Source: Candidatus Omnitrophota bacterium (GTDB taxonomy: Bacteria > Omnitrophota > Gorgyraeia > Gorgyraeales > Gorgyraeaceae). Taken from it: 64,000 bases of DNA. The stretch lies in NCBI GenBank assembly GCA_042570105.1, contig JBHPHW010000001.1, positions 19,932-83,931 of the forward strand. The letters are read 5' to 3'. Below the pieces are notes generated by a model, which saw only the letters and a program-made list of their open reading frames with translations, did not search any database and was not told where the DNA came from. This document shows, in pieces, positions 53,944 to 64,000 of this stretch. A program made the translations under genes and the position numbers. Position 1 is the stretch's first letter. Every line of letters starts with the position of its first letter.

Positions 53944-55308
53944 ATGGATTACAATACTACACTTAACTACATAGATTCCTTCGTAAATTTTGAAGATATA
54001 CCAAGGTATGATTATGCCTCCAGTTTTAGACTGGAGAGGATGCATAGCTTTTTGCAGGAATTAGGGGATCCTCACAAAGTTCTTCGCGTAATACACATAG
54101 CGGGCTCTAAAGGCAAAGGCTCTACTTGCAGCATAATCGCTTCTATTTTAAGACAAGCTGGATATCGTGTGGGATTATATACTTCGCCGCATCTTTTAGA
54201 TGTGAGGGAGAGGATCAGGGTTTTGGTTAGAGGTCCCAGGTGGGAGACCGAGCGCTCAGGGGAATTTGAAGGCGTTATAAAAAAGGATGAGTTTATTAAA
54301 TTGATCGAGAAGATAAAGCCAGTTGCTGAAAGATTTAGAGACCATAAAGAGTTAGGCAGATTATCGTTTTTTGAAATCCTTACGGCCAGCGCTTTTTTGT
54401 ATTTTAAAGAAAAAAAAGTCGATGTCAGTGTTATGGAAACAGGCCTTGGGGGAAGACTTGATGCTACAAATGTCACAGAACCTATTGTATGCGGAATAAC
54501 GAATATCAGCCTGGAGCATACTGATAAATTGGGCGATTCCTTGGAGTCTATAGCTAAAGAGAAGGCAGGGATTATAAAGGCTCACGGTATTATGGTTTCT
54601 AGCGCACAAGAAAAAGTAGTAAGGGATGTTATAAGGGATGTATGTAAAGAAAAAAAGGTGCGATTATATGAAATTGGGAAGGATGTGAGGTATAAGATCA
54701 TTGAGTCGGATATAGATAAAGAGATTTTTGATATCAAAGGGCCTGACTTTTCATGTAACGATTTAGAGATAAATTTGATCGGTGAACATCAGGCAGAAAA
54801 TGCAACTCTTGGTGTAGCTATAACAAAACTTATAGATAAGGGTATACTCAGGATAGATGAAGAAGATATAAGAGCGGGTATAAAAAATGTTTTTTGGCCT
54901 GGCAGACTGCAGGTTATCCGTTACAATCCCTATATAATCCTAGATGGGGCCCATAATGTATCAAGCATAAGAGTAGTTTTAGCGTCAATAAAAAGGATAT
55001 TTAATTACAAGAGACTTATATGTATATTTGGCGCTTCAAGCGATAAAGATACTGAAGGCGTAAGTAAAGAATTGGAAGCGGCTTCTAGTATAGTGATTTT
55101 GACAAAGTCCAAGAATGTACGCGCAAAAGAAGTCTCTGATTTAAAAAAGAATTTTTCTATCGCTAGTCTCATAATAAGTAATAATGTAGAAAAGGCATTA
55201 AAACATGGGCTTGAGATATTGGATACCGAAGACCTGCTGTTAGTTACAGGATCCCTATTTGTCGTTGGTGAGGCAATGAAGGCATTAGAATACACATGGG
55301 TAGCATAA
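53944..55308 (+). CDS. folC: Folylpolyglutamate synthase/dihydrofolate synthase
   Basis: HIAGSKGKGST, YTSPHL, ETGLGGRLDATN, WPGR, LDGAHN, TGSLFVVG. Confidence 0.96.
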   Translation: MDYNTTLNYIDSFVNFEDIPRYDYASSFRLERMHSFLQELGDPHKVLRVIHIAGSKGKGSTCSIIASILRQAGYRVGLYTSPHLLDVRERIRVLVRGPRWETERSGEFEGVIKKDEFIKLIEKIKPVAERFRDHKELGRLSFFEILTASAFLYFKEKKVDVSVMETGLGGRLDATNVTEPIVCGITNISLEHTDKLGDSLESIAKEKAGIIKAHGIMVSSAQEKVVRDVIRDVCKEKKVRLYEIGKDVRYKIIESDIDKEIFDIKGPDFSCNDLEINLIGEHQAENATLGVAITKLIDKGILRIDEEDIRAGIKNVFWPGRLQVIRYNPYIILDGAHNVSSIRVVLASIKRIFNYKRLICIFGASSDKDTEGVSKELEAASSIVILTKSKNVRAKEVSDLKKNFSIASLIISNNVEKALKHGLEILDTEDLLLVTGSLFVVGEAMKALEYTWVA

Positions 55309-56693
55309 AGTTAGATGATACAATTGCGGCTGTTTCAACACCTGTGGGTGAAGGTGGGATAGGTATTGTTCGTCTGAGCGGCAAGGAATCACTCAAGATC
55401 GCAGATAAGATATTTGTATCAAAAAATGGTAAGAAGCCATCTGGTTTTAAGACCTATACAGTCCATTACGGACATATTATAGACAGAAGACAAAATGTAG
55501 TGGACGAAGTGATTTTAACCGTAATGCGCGCGCCAAAGAGTTACACAAAAGAAGATGTGGTCGAGATAAATTGCCATAACGGCATAGTGCCGCTCAGAAA
55601 GATTTTAGATCTTGTTTTGATGAATGGGGCCAGGCTTGCCGAACCAGGTGAATTTACAAAAAGGGCATTTTTGAATGGCAGGATCGATATACTACAGGCA
55701 GAATCAGTGTTGGACATAATCAAGGCAAAGACAGATTTGAGTTTAAAGGAGGCAGTAAATAATCTAGAAGGTTTGTTTTCAAAGAAGATCGGGTATATAA
55801 AAGATGAGTTAGTAGATATATTGGCGCACCTCGAGGCATCTATAGATTTTTCAGAGGAAGAGGACGTGGATACAGTAAGGAGAAAGGATATTCTTAATAG
55901 ACTCAAGGGGATCAAAAAAGAAATAGAGAAATTGATAAAGACTGCTCGCGAAGGAAAGATTTTGCGCCAGGGTATAAAGACAGTAATATGCGGAGGACCT
56001 AATGTGGGCAAGTCCAGTTTAATGAATGCCTTACTGAAGCAGTCTAGGTCTATTGTCACGCATATACCAGGCACCACCAGGGATACGGTGGAAGAGATTA
56101 TCAATATCAAAGGTATACCTATAGTCCTCATAGATACAGCTGGTATAAAGATGACCAGCCATCCTGTGGAAAAAGAAGGCGTGAGGAGAAGCCATTTCTC
56201 TATAGAGAAATCAGATTTAATCCTGCTTGTCCTGGATCATGGAAGAAAATTGAAAAAGAATGATATGGATACAATGCATAATATTAAAAACAGAAGTAAT
56301 GTGATTGTAGTCATCAATAAAAAGGATTTAAAGAGGCGTATAAATATTAACGTCGTCAGAAAATTTTTCCCACAGGCCTCTATAGTATATACTTCCGCAA
56401 TCGATCTATTAGGCATTGATAGATTGGAGAACACGATTCAAGACATTGTATTCAAAGGTAAGGCCCCAACAGCAGATTTTGCAAGTGTTTCTAATGATAG
56501 ACAGTTAGATATCTTACGCTGCTCATATGAGGATGTAAAAGAAGCGGAATCTTTTATGAGAGGGAAGCTTTCTATGGATTGCGTCAGCATATTTGTACGT
56601 TCATCTATTGAGAACATGAGCGAGATAATAGGTCACAGCATAACCGAAGAGGCGCTGGATAGAATATTTTCAGAGTTTTGTATTGGAAAATAA
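55296..56693 (+). CDS. mnmE: tRNA modification GTPase MnmE (TrmE)
   Basis: DTIAAVSTP.GEGGIGIVRLSG, GEFTKRAFLNG, GPNVGKSS, GTTRD, DTAG, NKKD, FCIGK. Confidence 0.97.
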   Translation: MGSIKLDDTIAAVSTPVGEGGIGIVRLSGKESLKIADKIFVSKNGKKPSGFKTYTVHYGHIIDRRQNVVDEVILTVMRAPKSYTKEDVVEINCHNGIVPLRKILDLVLMNGARLAEPGEFTKRAFLNGRIDILQAESVLDIIKAKTDLSLKEAVNNLEGLFSKKIGYIKDELVDILAHLEASIDFSEEEDVDTVRRKDILNRLKGIKKEIEKLIKTAREGKILRQGIKTVICGGPNVGKSSLMNALLKQSRSIVTHIPGTTRDTVEEIINIKGIPIVLIDTAGIKMTSHPVEKEGVRRSHFSIEKSDLILLVLDHGRKLKKNDMDTMHNIKNRSNVIVVINKKDLKRRININVVRKFFPQASIVYTSAIDLLGIDRLENTIQDIVFKGKAPTADFASVSNDRQLDILRCSYEDVKEAESFMRGKLSMDCVSIFVRSSIENMSEIIGHSITEEALDRIFSEFCIGK

Positions 56694-56738
56694 GTTGGTG
56701 CTACGCACCAGTCGGTGGTACCATTGAAGGGGGGATGT

Positions 56739-57296
56739 ATGGATAAAAAAAAGATACAAAAAGCTATAAAATTGATTTTAGAGGCGATTGGAGAAAATCC
56801 TAACAGGGCAGATTTAAAAAAGACTCCCAAGAGGGTCAGTGATATGTATGAGGAGATATTCAGCGGTATTTCAAAGGACCCCTCCAAGGAAATAGAGGTG
56901 CTTCTGGCTGAGAAGCACAATGAGATAGTACTTTTAAAAGGCATACCCTTGTATTCAGTATGCGAACATCATCTCTTGCCATTTGTAGGTAAGGCCCACA
57001 TAGCGTATGTTCCTAAGAATAATAGAGTTACTGGATTAAGCAAATTGGCTAGGATAGTAGAGATCCTTTCTAAAAGACTGCAGGTTCAAGAAAGATTGAC
57101 TACTGAAATAGCTGAGGTAGTGATGAAAAGAGTTAAGCCTATGGGTGTTATGGTGATCATTGAGGCAGAACACCTTTGTATGAGTATGAGAGGGGTCAAG
57201 AAACCTGGCGTTTTAACAGTCACAAGCGCTGTCAGGGGACTTTTTAAGGAGAACTCAAAAACAAGGGCAGAAACAATGGCTTTAATAAAGGATTAA
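56739..57296 (+). CDS. folE: GTP cyclohydrolase I
   Basis: [36 protein letters not shown]; ATG 56739 has a G-rich SD. Confidence 0.96.
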   Translation: MDKKKIQKAIKLILEAIGENPNRADLKKTPKRVSDMYEEIFSGISKDPSKEIEVLLAEKHNEIVLLKGIPLYSVCEHHLLPFVGKAHIAYVPKNNRVTGLSKLARIVEILSKRLQVQERLTTEIAEVVMKRVKPMGVMVIIEAEHLCMSMRGVKKPGVLTVTSAVRGLFKENSKTRAETMALIKD

Positions 57297-57319
57297 AAGA
57301 AGAAATTATGGAGGTTTTT

Positions 57320-57892
57320 ATGAAAGGAAAATTTTATAGTATCTTGATTTTTTGTTTCATTTTTTCTTTTTTTATAGGATGTTCGTCCGCTAGCGATGAA
57401 GGTGATACTCGTATAGTCGCGGAGGTGAACAGATACGAGATGATGGTAAAGGATTTAGAATATGAATTAAAAAATGTACCTTTTGATGAAGTGGAGTTTT
57501 TAAAGACAGAAGATGGCAGGAAAGCATATATAGACAGATTGTTAGAAAAAGAGATCTTGCTTCAGGAGGCGCAGCGGCAGGGCCTTGATAGAGAAAAGGA
57601 TTTTATGAAGAGTATTGAAAATTATTGGGAACAGGCGCTTTTAAAGATTTTAGTTCAGAAAAAAAGCAAAGAGATCTCAAGCTCAACCCATGTATATAGT
57701 AATGAGATAGAAAAATATTATAAAAATTCTGGAGAAAAATTGCCGCTTTCAAAGGTGACTTCAGATATAAGGAGGCGCGTAAGACAGGAAAAAGAAAGGG
57801 AGGCAATGGAGAAATGGGTAAAGGACTTGAGAGAACGTTCCCACATAAAGATAAACGAAGGGCTTATCGAGGAGATTTTTTCCAGAGACTAA
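57320..57892 (+). CDS. Lipoprotein with a SurA/PrsA N-terminal-like chaperone domain (no PPIase domain seen)
   Basis: SD GGAGG; lipobox FIGC; IVAEVN, EILLQEAQRQGLD, WVKDLRERSHIKIN. Confidence 0.7.
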   Translation: MKGKFYSILIFCFIFSFFIGCSSASDEGDTRIVAEVNRYEMMVKDLEYELKNVPFDEVEFLKTEDGRKAYIDRLLEKEILLQEAQRQGLDREKDFMKSIENYWEQALLKILVQKKSKEISSSTHVYSNEIEKYYKNSGEKLPLSKVTSDIRRRVRQEKEREAMEKWVKDLRERSHIKINEGLIEEIFSRD

Positions 57893-57908
57893 AAAAGAGG
57901 GGGAGATC

Positions 57909-58505
57909 ATGAAAATAAAACGGAAAAATTATTTTATAAACAAGGCTTTTCAGGTAGAGTTTATGCTAAAATTTTGCGGTTTGGTTGCTTTTGGGTGCAT
58001 AATTTTCGGAATAATACTTTATGTGTTTTCAAGGGGCGCGCTTACTACATCTTTTGAGAATTCAAGATTGGTGGTAAAAAGCACAGCTAGTTATCTTATT
58101 CCCGGTTTATTATTCGGCGGCCTTATAGCCGGCTTAGTGACAGCAATAGCCTCATCCATCGTGGTGCTTTTTATGACACATAGAGTGGCAGGGCCTATGT
58201 ACAGATTCGAGAGATTTGCCCAGAAGATCGGTTCCGGCGAGCTTGGTTCAGATTTAAAGATTAGAAGAAGAGACCAATTTCAAAATATGGTAACCTCTTT
58301 TAACAGAATGACACACGATCTACGGCTAGGATTTTTAAAGATAATCGGGGTTTCGGAAAAACTAGGCAACTTAATAGATGAGCTATCCGACGGCGCAAAT
58401 AATGAACTGCTCTTAAAAGAAGACATAAAAAGGATAGTTTCTGAATTAAAAAAAGATAAACAGAATCTCAAAAAGGCCCTTTCGCATTTCAAGATTAATA
58501 GTTAA
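57909..58505 (+). CDS. Two-TM HAMP-domain membrane protein
   Basis: KRKNYFI..FQ; THRVAGPMYRF...IRRRDQFQNMVTSFN. Confidence 0.78.
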   Translation: MKIKRKNYFINKAFQVEFMLKFCGLVAFGCIIFGIILYVFSRGALTTSFENSRLVVKSTASYLIPGLLFGGLIAGLVTAIASSIVVLFMTHRVAGPMYRFERFAQKIGSGELGSDLKIRRRDQFQNMVTSFNRMTHDLRLGFLKIIGVSEKLGNLIDELSDGANNELLLKEDIKRIVSELKKDKQNLKKALSHFKINS

Positions 58506-58508
58506 ATA

Positions 58509-59072
58509 ATGATAGCTAAAATAGTTTTTGGTCTATTGATAATGATATGTTTAGTATATAGTGGTCCTCACGATGTATATTCGCAAGAGGAAGAGGGGGG
58601 CATATTCTCAACCAGATTTTGCACTGTCTTTTATGAAGAAGGAGTCGAATTGGCTTTAGTCAATAGGCTCATCAATTTAAACTTTTCTGATTTTTACAAT
58701 CCGAGAGGATTTAGAGAAGATGTAGATTTAAGGGTAGAGGAGATCTTATCAGAAAAATTTGATGCGATCTTCAGTAGGGCTGAGGATATCCTGGACATGT
58801 TCCCTCCTAAAATACATGTAAGGATCAATATCTATAGAGCGAGGGAAGGATTGGATGCGGCATACGAGGAGATCTTTGATGCGCCAAATGAAGCGGTTTC
58901 TTTTTATATCTATAAGACAAATACCATTTATATGACCCAGGACGCTATAAGCGAAGACATACTTGCGCATGAAATAGCGCATTGCATAATAGATCACTAT
59001 TTTGTTATCCTGCCTCCGAGGAAGATCCAGGAAATGTTGGCAGCATATGTAGATGTGCATTTAGAGGATTAA
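58509..59072 (+). CDS. Secreted hypothetical protein with a zincin-like HExxH motif
   Basis: Signal peptide; ILAHEIAH...QEMLA. Confidence 0.62.
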   Translation: MIAKIVFGLLIMICLVYSGPHDVYSQEEEGGIFSTRFCTVFYEEGVELALVNRLINLNFSDFYNPRGFREDVDLRVEEILSEKFDAIFSRAEDILDMFPPKIHVRINIYRAREGLDAAYEEIFDAPNEAVSFYIYKTNTIYMTQDAISEDILAHEIAHCIIDHYFVILPPRKIQEMLAAYVDVHLED

Positions 59073-59088
59073 AACAAATTTACCCTTC

Positions 59089-59117
59089 TTGAAGTATGTT
59101 ATATAGTATGATAAAAT
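59089..59117 (+). promoter_or_regulatory. Sigma70-type promoter, probably yielding a leaderless mRNA
   Basis: TTGAAG (59089-94), 17-nt spacer, TGa-TAAAAT (59109-17); ATG at 59125 with no SD. Confidence 0.58.
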
Positions 59118-59124
59118 CCTTCTT

Positions 59125-61791
59125 ATGCGTATAAGTAGAAAGATCGGGCTTAGTTTTTTTATAACCTTCCTTTTAGTCATACTTCTCGGTATATTTTCCA
59201 TCTATAGTCTGAGGCATATATATAGAGGCCTGAGTCAGGTGTTTGCGAAAGACTTGCCAGCTTCCCGTTCTGTCCACCAGATCGCTATTTCTATGGAGAA
59301 ACTCCTTTCTGAATTAAATAATTTTCTAGTAACGGATAATGAAAATTTTAAGGTAAGCTTTGAGCGCTCGTATAAAAAAATGCAGGATGATATTTCAGAC
59401 CTTAAAAGATTTATTGTCAAAGAAGAGGAAAAGGTCCTTTTTGGACAAGTAGAAGATTTAACCGGGGATATAAATAAAGTCAGCGGGAGTATATTTGAAA
59501 AGAAGATCAAGATAAAGGCTTTATTTAAAGACATAAGGGCAGTAGAAAAAGAATACAGGCTGAGATTAGATAAGCTCTTTGACTCTGAAGAATCTAAGAT
59601 GTTAGATGAAAAAGATCTCTTGTTGATACAGGCGCAATACATCCCCTCTTCAGCGCTTATAATGGAGGCAGAACTAAGATTTTCAAATTTGCTTGATGAG
59701 ATTGTCGAACATGTAATCAAAGACGAGGATGTATCGGCATCTTTTATGAATGAGATCTCAGCGCTTGATAGGTCTATCAGCGATTATAAAAATTACCATG
59801 GCTATTTTCTTTCTGATAAAGAACGTTCTTTAGCGAGCGAGCTCATAGATTTATCTAGTAAAGTAAAATCTATCATTAACTCCATAGTCGATGTAAAAAG
59901 GGAGATAAAGACTCATTTAGCCGCGCTTTTAGGTAAAGAAAAAGAATTTATGGAAAGCATAGATAGATTGATTTCCCTCAAAAAAAGCGGGATCTCTTCT
60001 AAATTGGGAGTGGGGGCAGCCCTTACAGAAGATATACCAGCAATACACAATATCTCTAAAATGGAAAAGGATATGGTAGAATCCTGGAGACTCAGCGGCA
60101 AGTACATATTAACGGGGGATGAGTCTTACAAAAATCTATATTATCAGCTAAGGCAGAATATTGATAAAGAACTTAAGGATTATGGAAGGCACGCACGACT
60201 CAGGGGTACAGAGAAATTCTTAGAAGATATCGTAGGATCTGATGATACTATTTTAGAAGCGATAAATTCCAATCTCAAGATGTTCGACAAAAAAGAGACA
60301 GATCTAACTGATTTGGTTTCAGTGAGAACGGGGCTCGAGAAGAAGATCGACGGATTACTGCAACACAAAGACTCTCTTATAAAGAAAGCGCAGGATCCAG
60401 ATAAGGTTTTGAATGATACTGTGCCTGCGAGATGGATACTGATGGAGCTAAGAAATGAACTTTCTGAGGCATATAGGCTTACTATAAATTATTTGAATGA
60501 ACAGGAGCCGCAGTACAAGGATATCTACTCAGAGGTATATTTTAATATGAAAAAATATGTAAATAGATACAGAAATCTTTCTTCCTCGGATAGAGATTCA
60601 GTATTTATAAAAGAAGTAGAGTTCGACCTAGATAGATTTAACAAAGCTATTTTGACTGTCATAGATAGTCATGATAGTATCATGAAAGAAAGGGGATGGA
60701 CACTTGTAAAGCTGGAGGAGGATTTAAAGGAAGGATTGGACAGGGCAGTGGAAGTCGAGCTTTCTCAGATAGAGAAGAACAAGATAGATCTGAAAAATAG
60801 AATAGCAGTGATTAACGCCTTGATATTTCTTATAATAGGAGTAGTCGCCTTAATCGCGGTGTTTATTATCTTTTATACTACAAATTCTATAACGAATCCT
60901 ATTCAGAAACTTTACAATGGGGCTGAAATAATAGGAGGGGGTAATTTAGATTATAGGTTAGATATAAAAACAGGCGATGAAATACAAGATCTTGCAGAAG
61001 GATTTAACAGGATGGCAGGAGAGCTTAAGGAACTTTATACGAACCTTGAGAATAAGGTTAGAGAAAGGACTGCCCAGCTTGGTGAGGCAAACAAGGCGCT
61101 GGCTTCAAAGAATAAAGAGCTGGATGATTTTACATATATTGTGTCTCACGACTTAAAAGAACCGCTGCGGGGCACCAAGGCATTTACAAAAATGTTGATG
61201 GAGGATTATTCGAACAAACTGGATAAAGAAGGCAAGGAGCACCTTAAGACCATATCGGATTCTAGCATAAGAATGGCACGTCTTATCGAAGATCTTTTGA
61301 ACCTGTCGCGCATAGGAAGGATTAAAAATATTAAACGAGATATAGATCTAAATGAACTTCTTTCAGATGTGAAGAAGAATCTGGTATATTCATTGGAGGA
61401 AAGGAATGTGGATCTAAAAGTTATGGAAAACCTTCCAACGCTCACGTGTGATAATATAAGGATATCGGAGGTATTTTCAAATCTCATTTCAAATGCCATT
61501 AAATATTCAAAAAAGGATATAAGGCCTGTTATTGAGATCGGATATAGAGATAAAGGGGATTTCTATGAGTTTTACGTAAAGGATAACGGTATCGGTATAG
61601 ACGAGGAATATTATGATAAGGTCTTCCAGATATTTCAGCGGCTCCATGCTAAAGGAGAGTACGAAGGTACTGGGGCAGGCCTTACAATTGTCAAAAAGAT
61701 TATAGAAAATCACAGCGGCAAGATCTGGGTTACATCAGAAGTTGGTGCCGGCAGCACGTTTTATTTTACGTTACCAAAGAGCAGTGTCTGA
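59125..61791 (+). CDS. Sensor histidine kinase (large periplasmic region, HAMP, HisKA, HATPase)
   Basis: Two TMs; HAMP (NPIQKL...GDEIQDLAEGFN); VSHDLKEPL; NLISNAIKY, DNGIG, GTGAGL. Confidence 0.94.
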   Translation: MRISRKIGLSFFITFLLVILLGIFSIYSLRHIYRGLSQVFAKDLPASRSVHQIAISMEKLLSELNNFLVTDNENFKVSFERSYKKMQDDISDLKRFIVKEEEKVLFGQVEDLTGDINKVSGSIFEKKIKIKALFKDIRAVEKEYRLRLDKLFDSEESKMLDEKDLLLIQAQYIPSSALIMEAELRFSNLLDEIVEHVIKDEDVSASFMNEISALDRSISDYKNYHGYFLSDKERSLASELIDLSSKVKSIINSIVDVKREIKTHLAALLGKEKEFMESIDRLISLKKSGISSKLGVGAALTEDIPAIHNISKMEKDMVESWRLSGKYILTGDESYKNLYYQLRQNIDKELKDYGRHARLRGTEKFLEDIVGSDDTILEAINSNLKMFDKKETDLTDLVSVRTGLEKKIDGLLQHKDSLIKKAQDPDKVLNDTVPARWILMELRNELSEAYRLTINYLNEQEPQYKDIYSEVYFNMKKYVNRYRNLSSSDRDSVFIKEVEFDLDRFNKAILTVIDSHDSIMKERGWTLVKLEEDLKEGLDRAVEVELSQIEKNKIDLKNRIAVINALIFLIIGVVALIAVFIIFYTTNSITNPIQKLYNGAEIIGGGNLDYRLDIKTGDEIQDLAEGFNRMAGELKELYTNLENKVRERTAQLGEANKALASKNKELDDFTYIVSHDLKEPLRGTKAFTKMLMEDYSNKLDKEGKEHLKTISDSSIRMARLIEDLLNLSRIGRIKNIKRDIDLNELLSDVKKNLVYSLEERNVDLKVMENLPTLTCDNIRISEVFSNLISNAIKYSKKDIRPVIEIGYRDKGDFYEFYVKDNGIGIDEEYYDKVFQIFQRLHAKGEYEGTGAGLTIVKKIIENHSGKIWVTSEVGAGSTFYFTLPKSSV

Positions 61792-61834
61792 GGCTAAGCC
61801 CTCGAAACACTAGGGCCTAGAGCTAGCGGGAGAG

Positions 61835-62986
61835 ATGATGGCTAAAGAAAAACTTAAAGTTTTACTCGTAGAGGATAATCCAACAGATGCCCTCATCGTG
61901 AAAAAGAAGCTACAGAGAGACAAGGCCTTTGACTATGAGGTTTTGCATCTTACATCAGGGGAAGAGGCTATTTCTACTTTGGAAAAAGAGTTATATCACA
62001 TAGTTCTTCTGGATTATAATCTCCCAAAAAAAAGTGGGCTTTGGGCCCTGCAGGAAATTAAGGCAAAAGATCTAAAGATACCAGTTGTTATGATAACAGG
62101 ACAAGGCGATGAAACAATCGCTGTAGAGCTTATCAAAGAAGGCGCATTTGATTATTTACCAAAAAGAGAGAATTACGAAGATTCAGTACCTTTGATGATC
62201 AGGAAGACAATAGCGGAATTTAGGGCGAGGTTTGAACGTGAACGACTACAAAAGGAGATTGCTTTAAAGAAAGATGAACTTGAAAACACAAATCAAAGGC
62301 TTAGAGAATTAGATAGGATGAAGTCAGATTTCGTGGCAAACGTAGTCCATGAACTGAGGACGCCTTTCACCATAATAAGAGGGAATCTAGACAATATCGG
62401 GAAGGGTTTTGCAGGAGAGATCCAGCCAAAGCAGAAAGAGATATTGACCGATGTCTTTAAGGTATTGGACAGGCTTACTAGACTAGTGAATGACTTATTG
62501 GATCTTTCCAAGATAGAATCAGGTAAAATGGAACTCAGTAAGGAAGAGCTGGATATAGTGGGATTGGCGAAGGAGGTCGTGAATGATTTCCAGAAGCTGG
62601 CCAGCGATAAGAACATAGGTATAAAAAAAGAATTTCCCGAATCTAAGATTATCATACCTGCAGACAGGGATAAAATGACGCAGGTTTTTGTAAATTTAAT
62701 AGGAAATGCTTTAAAATTTACTGATAAGGGAGATGTTACTATAAGGATAATCAAGCTTCAAGATGAAGTGCAGGTAGAGATACAGGATACTGGGCCAGGG
62801 ATGGACAAAGATATGATAGGTAATATTTTTGATAAATTTGTCAGGGTTATGGCAGAGAAAAAAGAAGGCACAGGATTAGGCCTTCCGATAGCAAAGGATA
62901 TAATATCTCTCCACGGAGGCCGCATAAGAGTAAAAAGCTCTCCCGGAAAAGGCTCTACGTTTATATTCAACCTTCCAAACATTTAA
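61835..62986 (+). CDS. Hybrid response regulator-histidine kinase (REC-HisKA-HATPase)
   Basis: LLVEDN, LLDYNLP, MITGQG, DYLPK; HELRTP; NLIGNALKF, DTGPG, GTGLGL. Confidence 0.94.
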   Translation: MMAKEKLKVLLVEDNPTDALIVKKKLQRDKAFDYEVLHLTSGEEAISTLEKELYHIVLLDYNLPKKSGLWALQEIKAKDLKIPVVMITGQGDETIAVELIKEGAFDYLPKRENYEDSVPLMIRKTIAEFRARFERERLQKEIALKKDELENTNQRLRELDRMKSDFVANVVHELRTPFTIIRGNLDNIGKGFAGEIQPKQKEILTDVFKVLDRLTRLVNDLLDLSKIESGKMELSKEELDIVGLAKEVVNDFQKLASDKNIGIKKEFPESKIIIPADRDKMTQVFVNLIGNALKFTDKGDVTIRIIKLQDEVQVEIQDTGPGMDKDMIGNIFDKFVRVMAEKKEGTGLGLPIAKDIISLHGGRIRVKSSPGKGSTFIFNLPNI

Positions 62987-62987
62987 A

Positions 62988-63015
62988 GTAGGGGAGGTTT
63001 AACCCCCCCCCCTAC
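62988..63015. terminator. GTAG-type REP-like hairpin between convergent genes
   Basis: GTAGGGGAGG-TTTAACCC-CCCCCCCTAC imperfect palindrome, lying between the stop codons at 62986 and 63024. Confidence 0.55.
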
Positions 63016-63023
63016 AATCACTC

Positions 63024-63998
63024 CTACATCCATAGATTTCGGTCCAAGCTTCTATATTGTATTGCTTCAGATACATGGTCGGGTTTAATCCTCTCCTTTC
63101 CTTCTAAGTCTGCAATAGTTCTTGAAAGTTTCAATATTTTATCGTAACACCTGGCGCTGAAGCCAAGTTCGGTAATGGCTGTTTTTAGAAGATCCCGCGA
63201 AGTTTCATCTAGCTTACAGTATCTCCTGATGAGTTTATAGTTCATCGCCGAATTTGAGAATATCCCGATATCTTTTGTGAACCTAGCAAGTTGAATTTGC
63301 CTAGCGCCCTCAACCCTTTCTTTTATCTTTTCCGATTTTTCGCTGAGACCTTCATTCGAAAGTTCTTTATATCTAAGGGGCGCGACTTCTATGTGGATAT
63401 CTATTCTATCAAGTAATGGACCAGAGATCTTTGATAGATACTTTTGTATTCTTTGGGGGGTGCAGTGACATTCCTTTTTGGGATCAGTGAGGTATCCGCA
63501 CGGGCATGGATTCATGCTGCATACCAACATAAACTTAGATGGAAATTTGACGCAGCCATTTACTCTTGAAACAATTACATAGCCGTCTTCCAATGGCTGC
63601 CTTAATGATTCTAAAGCATTTCTATGGAATTCAGGAAGTTCATCCATAAATAAAACTCCATTATGGGCAAGGCTTACCTCTCCTGGTTTTAGCATAGTTC
63701 CTCCGCCAATAAGAGATGCGTCTGAAGAAGTATGATGAGGCTCCCTAAAGGGCCTTGAGGGCAGTATCGAATTTTTTGCTGAAGTCAATCCGGATACACT
63801 GTAGATCTTTGTAGTCTCAATGGATTCTTCAATATTCATTTCAGGCATAATAGTCGGAAGTCTTTTTGCGAGCATTGTTTTTCCGCTTCCTGGCGGGCCC
63901 ATCATTATTATGTTATGACCTCCTGCTGCTGCGATTTCCATGGCCCTTTTGGCGTAAAATTGTCCTTTTACATCTGAAAAATCCAGCTCATAAGTTTT
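63024..63998 (-). CDS. comM: YifB/ComM Mg-chelatase-like AAA+ ATPase, 5'-truncated by the window edge
   Basis: Frame open to the window end (DFSDVKGQFYAKRAMEIAAAGGHN); GPPGSGKT, PHH, GEVSLAHNGVLFMDE, MNPCPCG, SGPLLDRID. Confidence 0.93.
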   Translation of the reverse strand, partial: KTYELDFSDVKGQFYAKRAMEIAAAGGHNIIMMGPPGSGKTMLAKRLPTIMPEMNIEESIETTKIYSVSGLTSAKNSILPSRPFREPHHTSSDASLIGGGTMLKPGEVSLAHNGVLFMDELPEFHRNALESLRQPLEDGYVIVSRVNGCVKFPSKFMLVCSMNPCPCGYLTDPKKECHCTPQRIQKYLSKISGPLLDRIDIHIEVAPLRYKELSNEGLSEKSEKIKERVEGARQIQLARFTKDIGIFSNSAMNYKLIRRYCKLDETSRDLLKTAITELGFSARCYDKILKLSRTIADLEGKERIKPDHVSEAIQYRSLDRNLWM

Positions 63999-64000
63999 AT

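Noticed and set aside
56696-56712. Small hairpin tggtgc-tac-gcacca after mnmE as a terminator
   Set aside because: Short stem with no U-tract, and the downstream folE is co-oriented and close.

Overview
Bacterial chromosomal window, almost all on the + strand. Gene content resembles Ca. Omnitrophota (PVC group); this is an inference from recalled literature, not verified here. The first 25.9 kb is the 3' part of one giant ORF (>8,600 aa, open at the window's left edge). It reads like a concatenated polyprotein of mostly cytoplasmic regulatory and enzymatic modules: about 27 HTH/wHTH units in tandem arrays, two MoaD/ubiquitin-like domains, a kinase-like domain, four SAM methyltransferase-like domains, and HATPase, VTT/DedA, Tudor, TraB/EreA-like, transglutaminase-like, ATP-grasp and GNAT domains. 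These are punctuated by short recurring junction motifs and two membrane-flanked HExxH-type modules. Downstream lie a PilZ gene, a sugar ABC importer with two GH-A clan (GH2-like) hydrolases, a CBM-like lipoprotein, a TPR/outer-membrane barrel and a ROK repressor. Next come a TonB-C/TolC + MFP + double-RND operon (one RND carries a C-terminal wHTH) and a partial T2SS/T4P set. The window ends with housekeeping genes (ychF-like, purH, folC, mnmE, folE), a two-component cluster and a 5'-truncated yifB/comM on the - strand. No rRNA, tRNA, CRISPR array or transposase was seen. Domain calls are by-eye motif recognition and domain boundaries are approximate.
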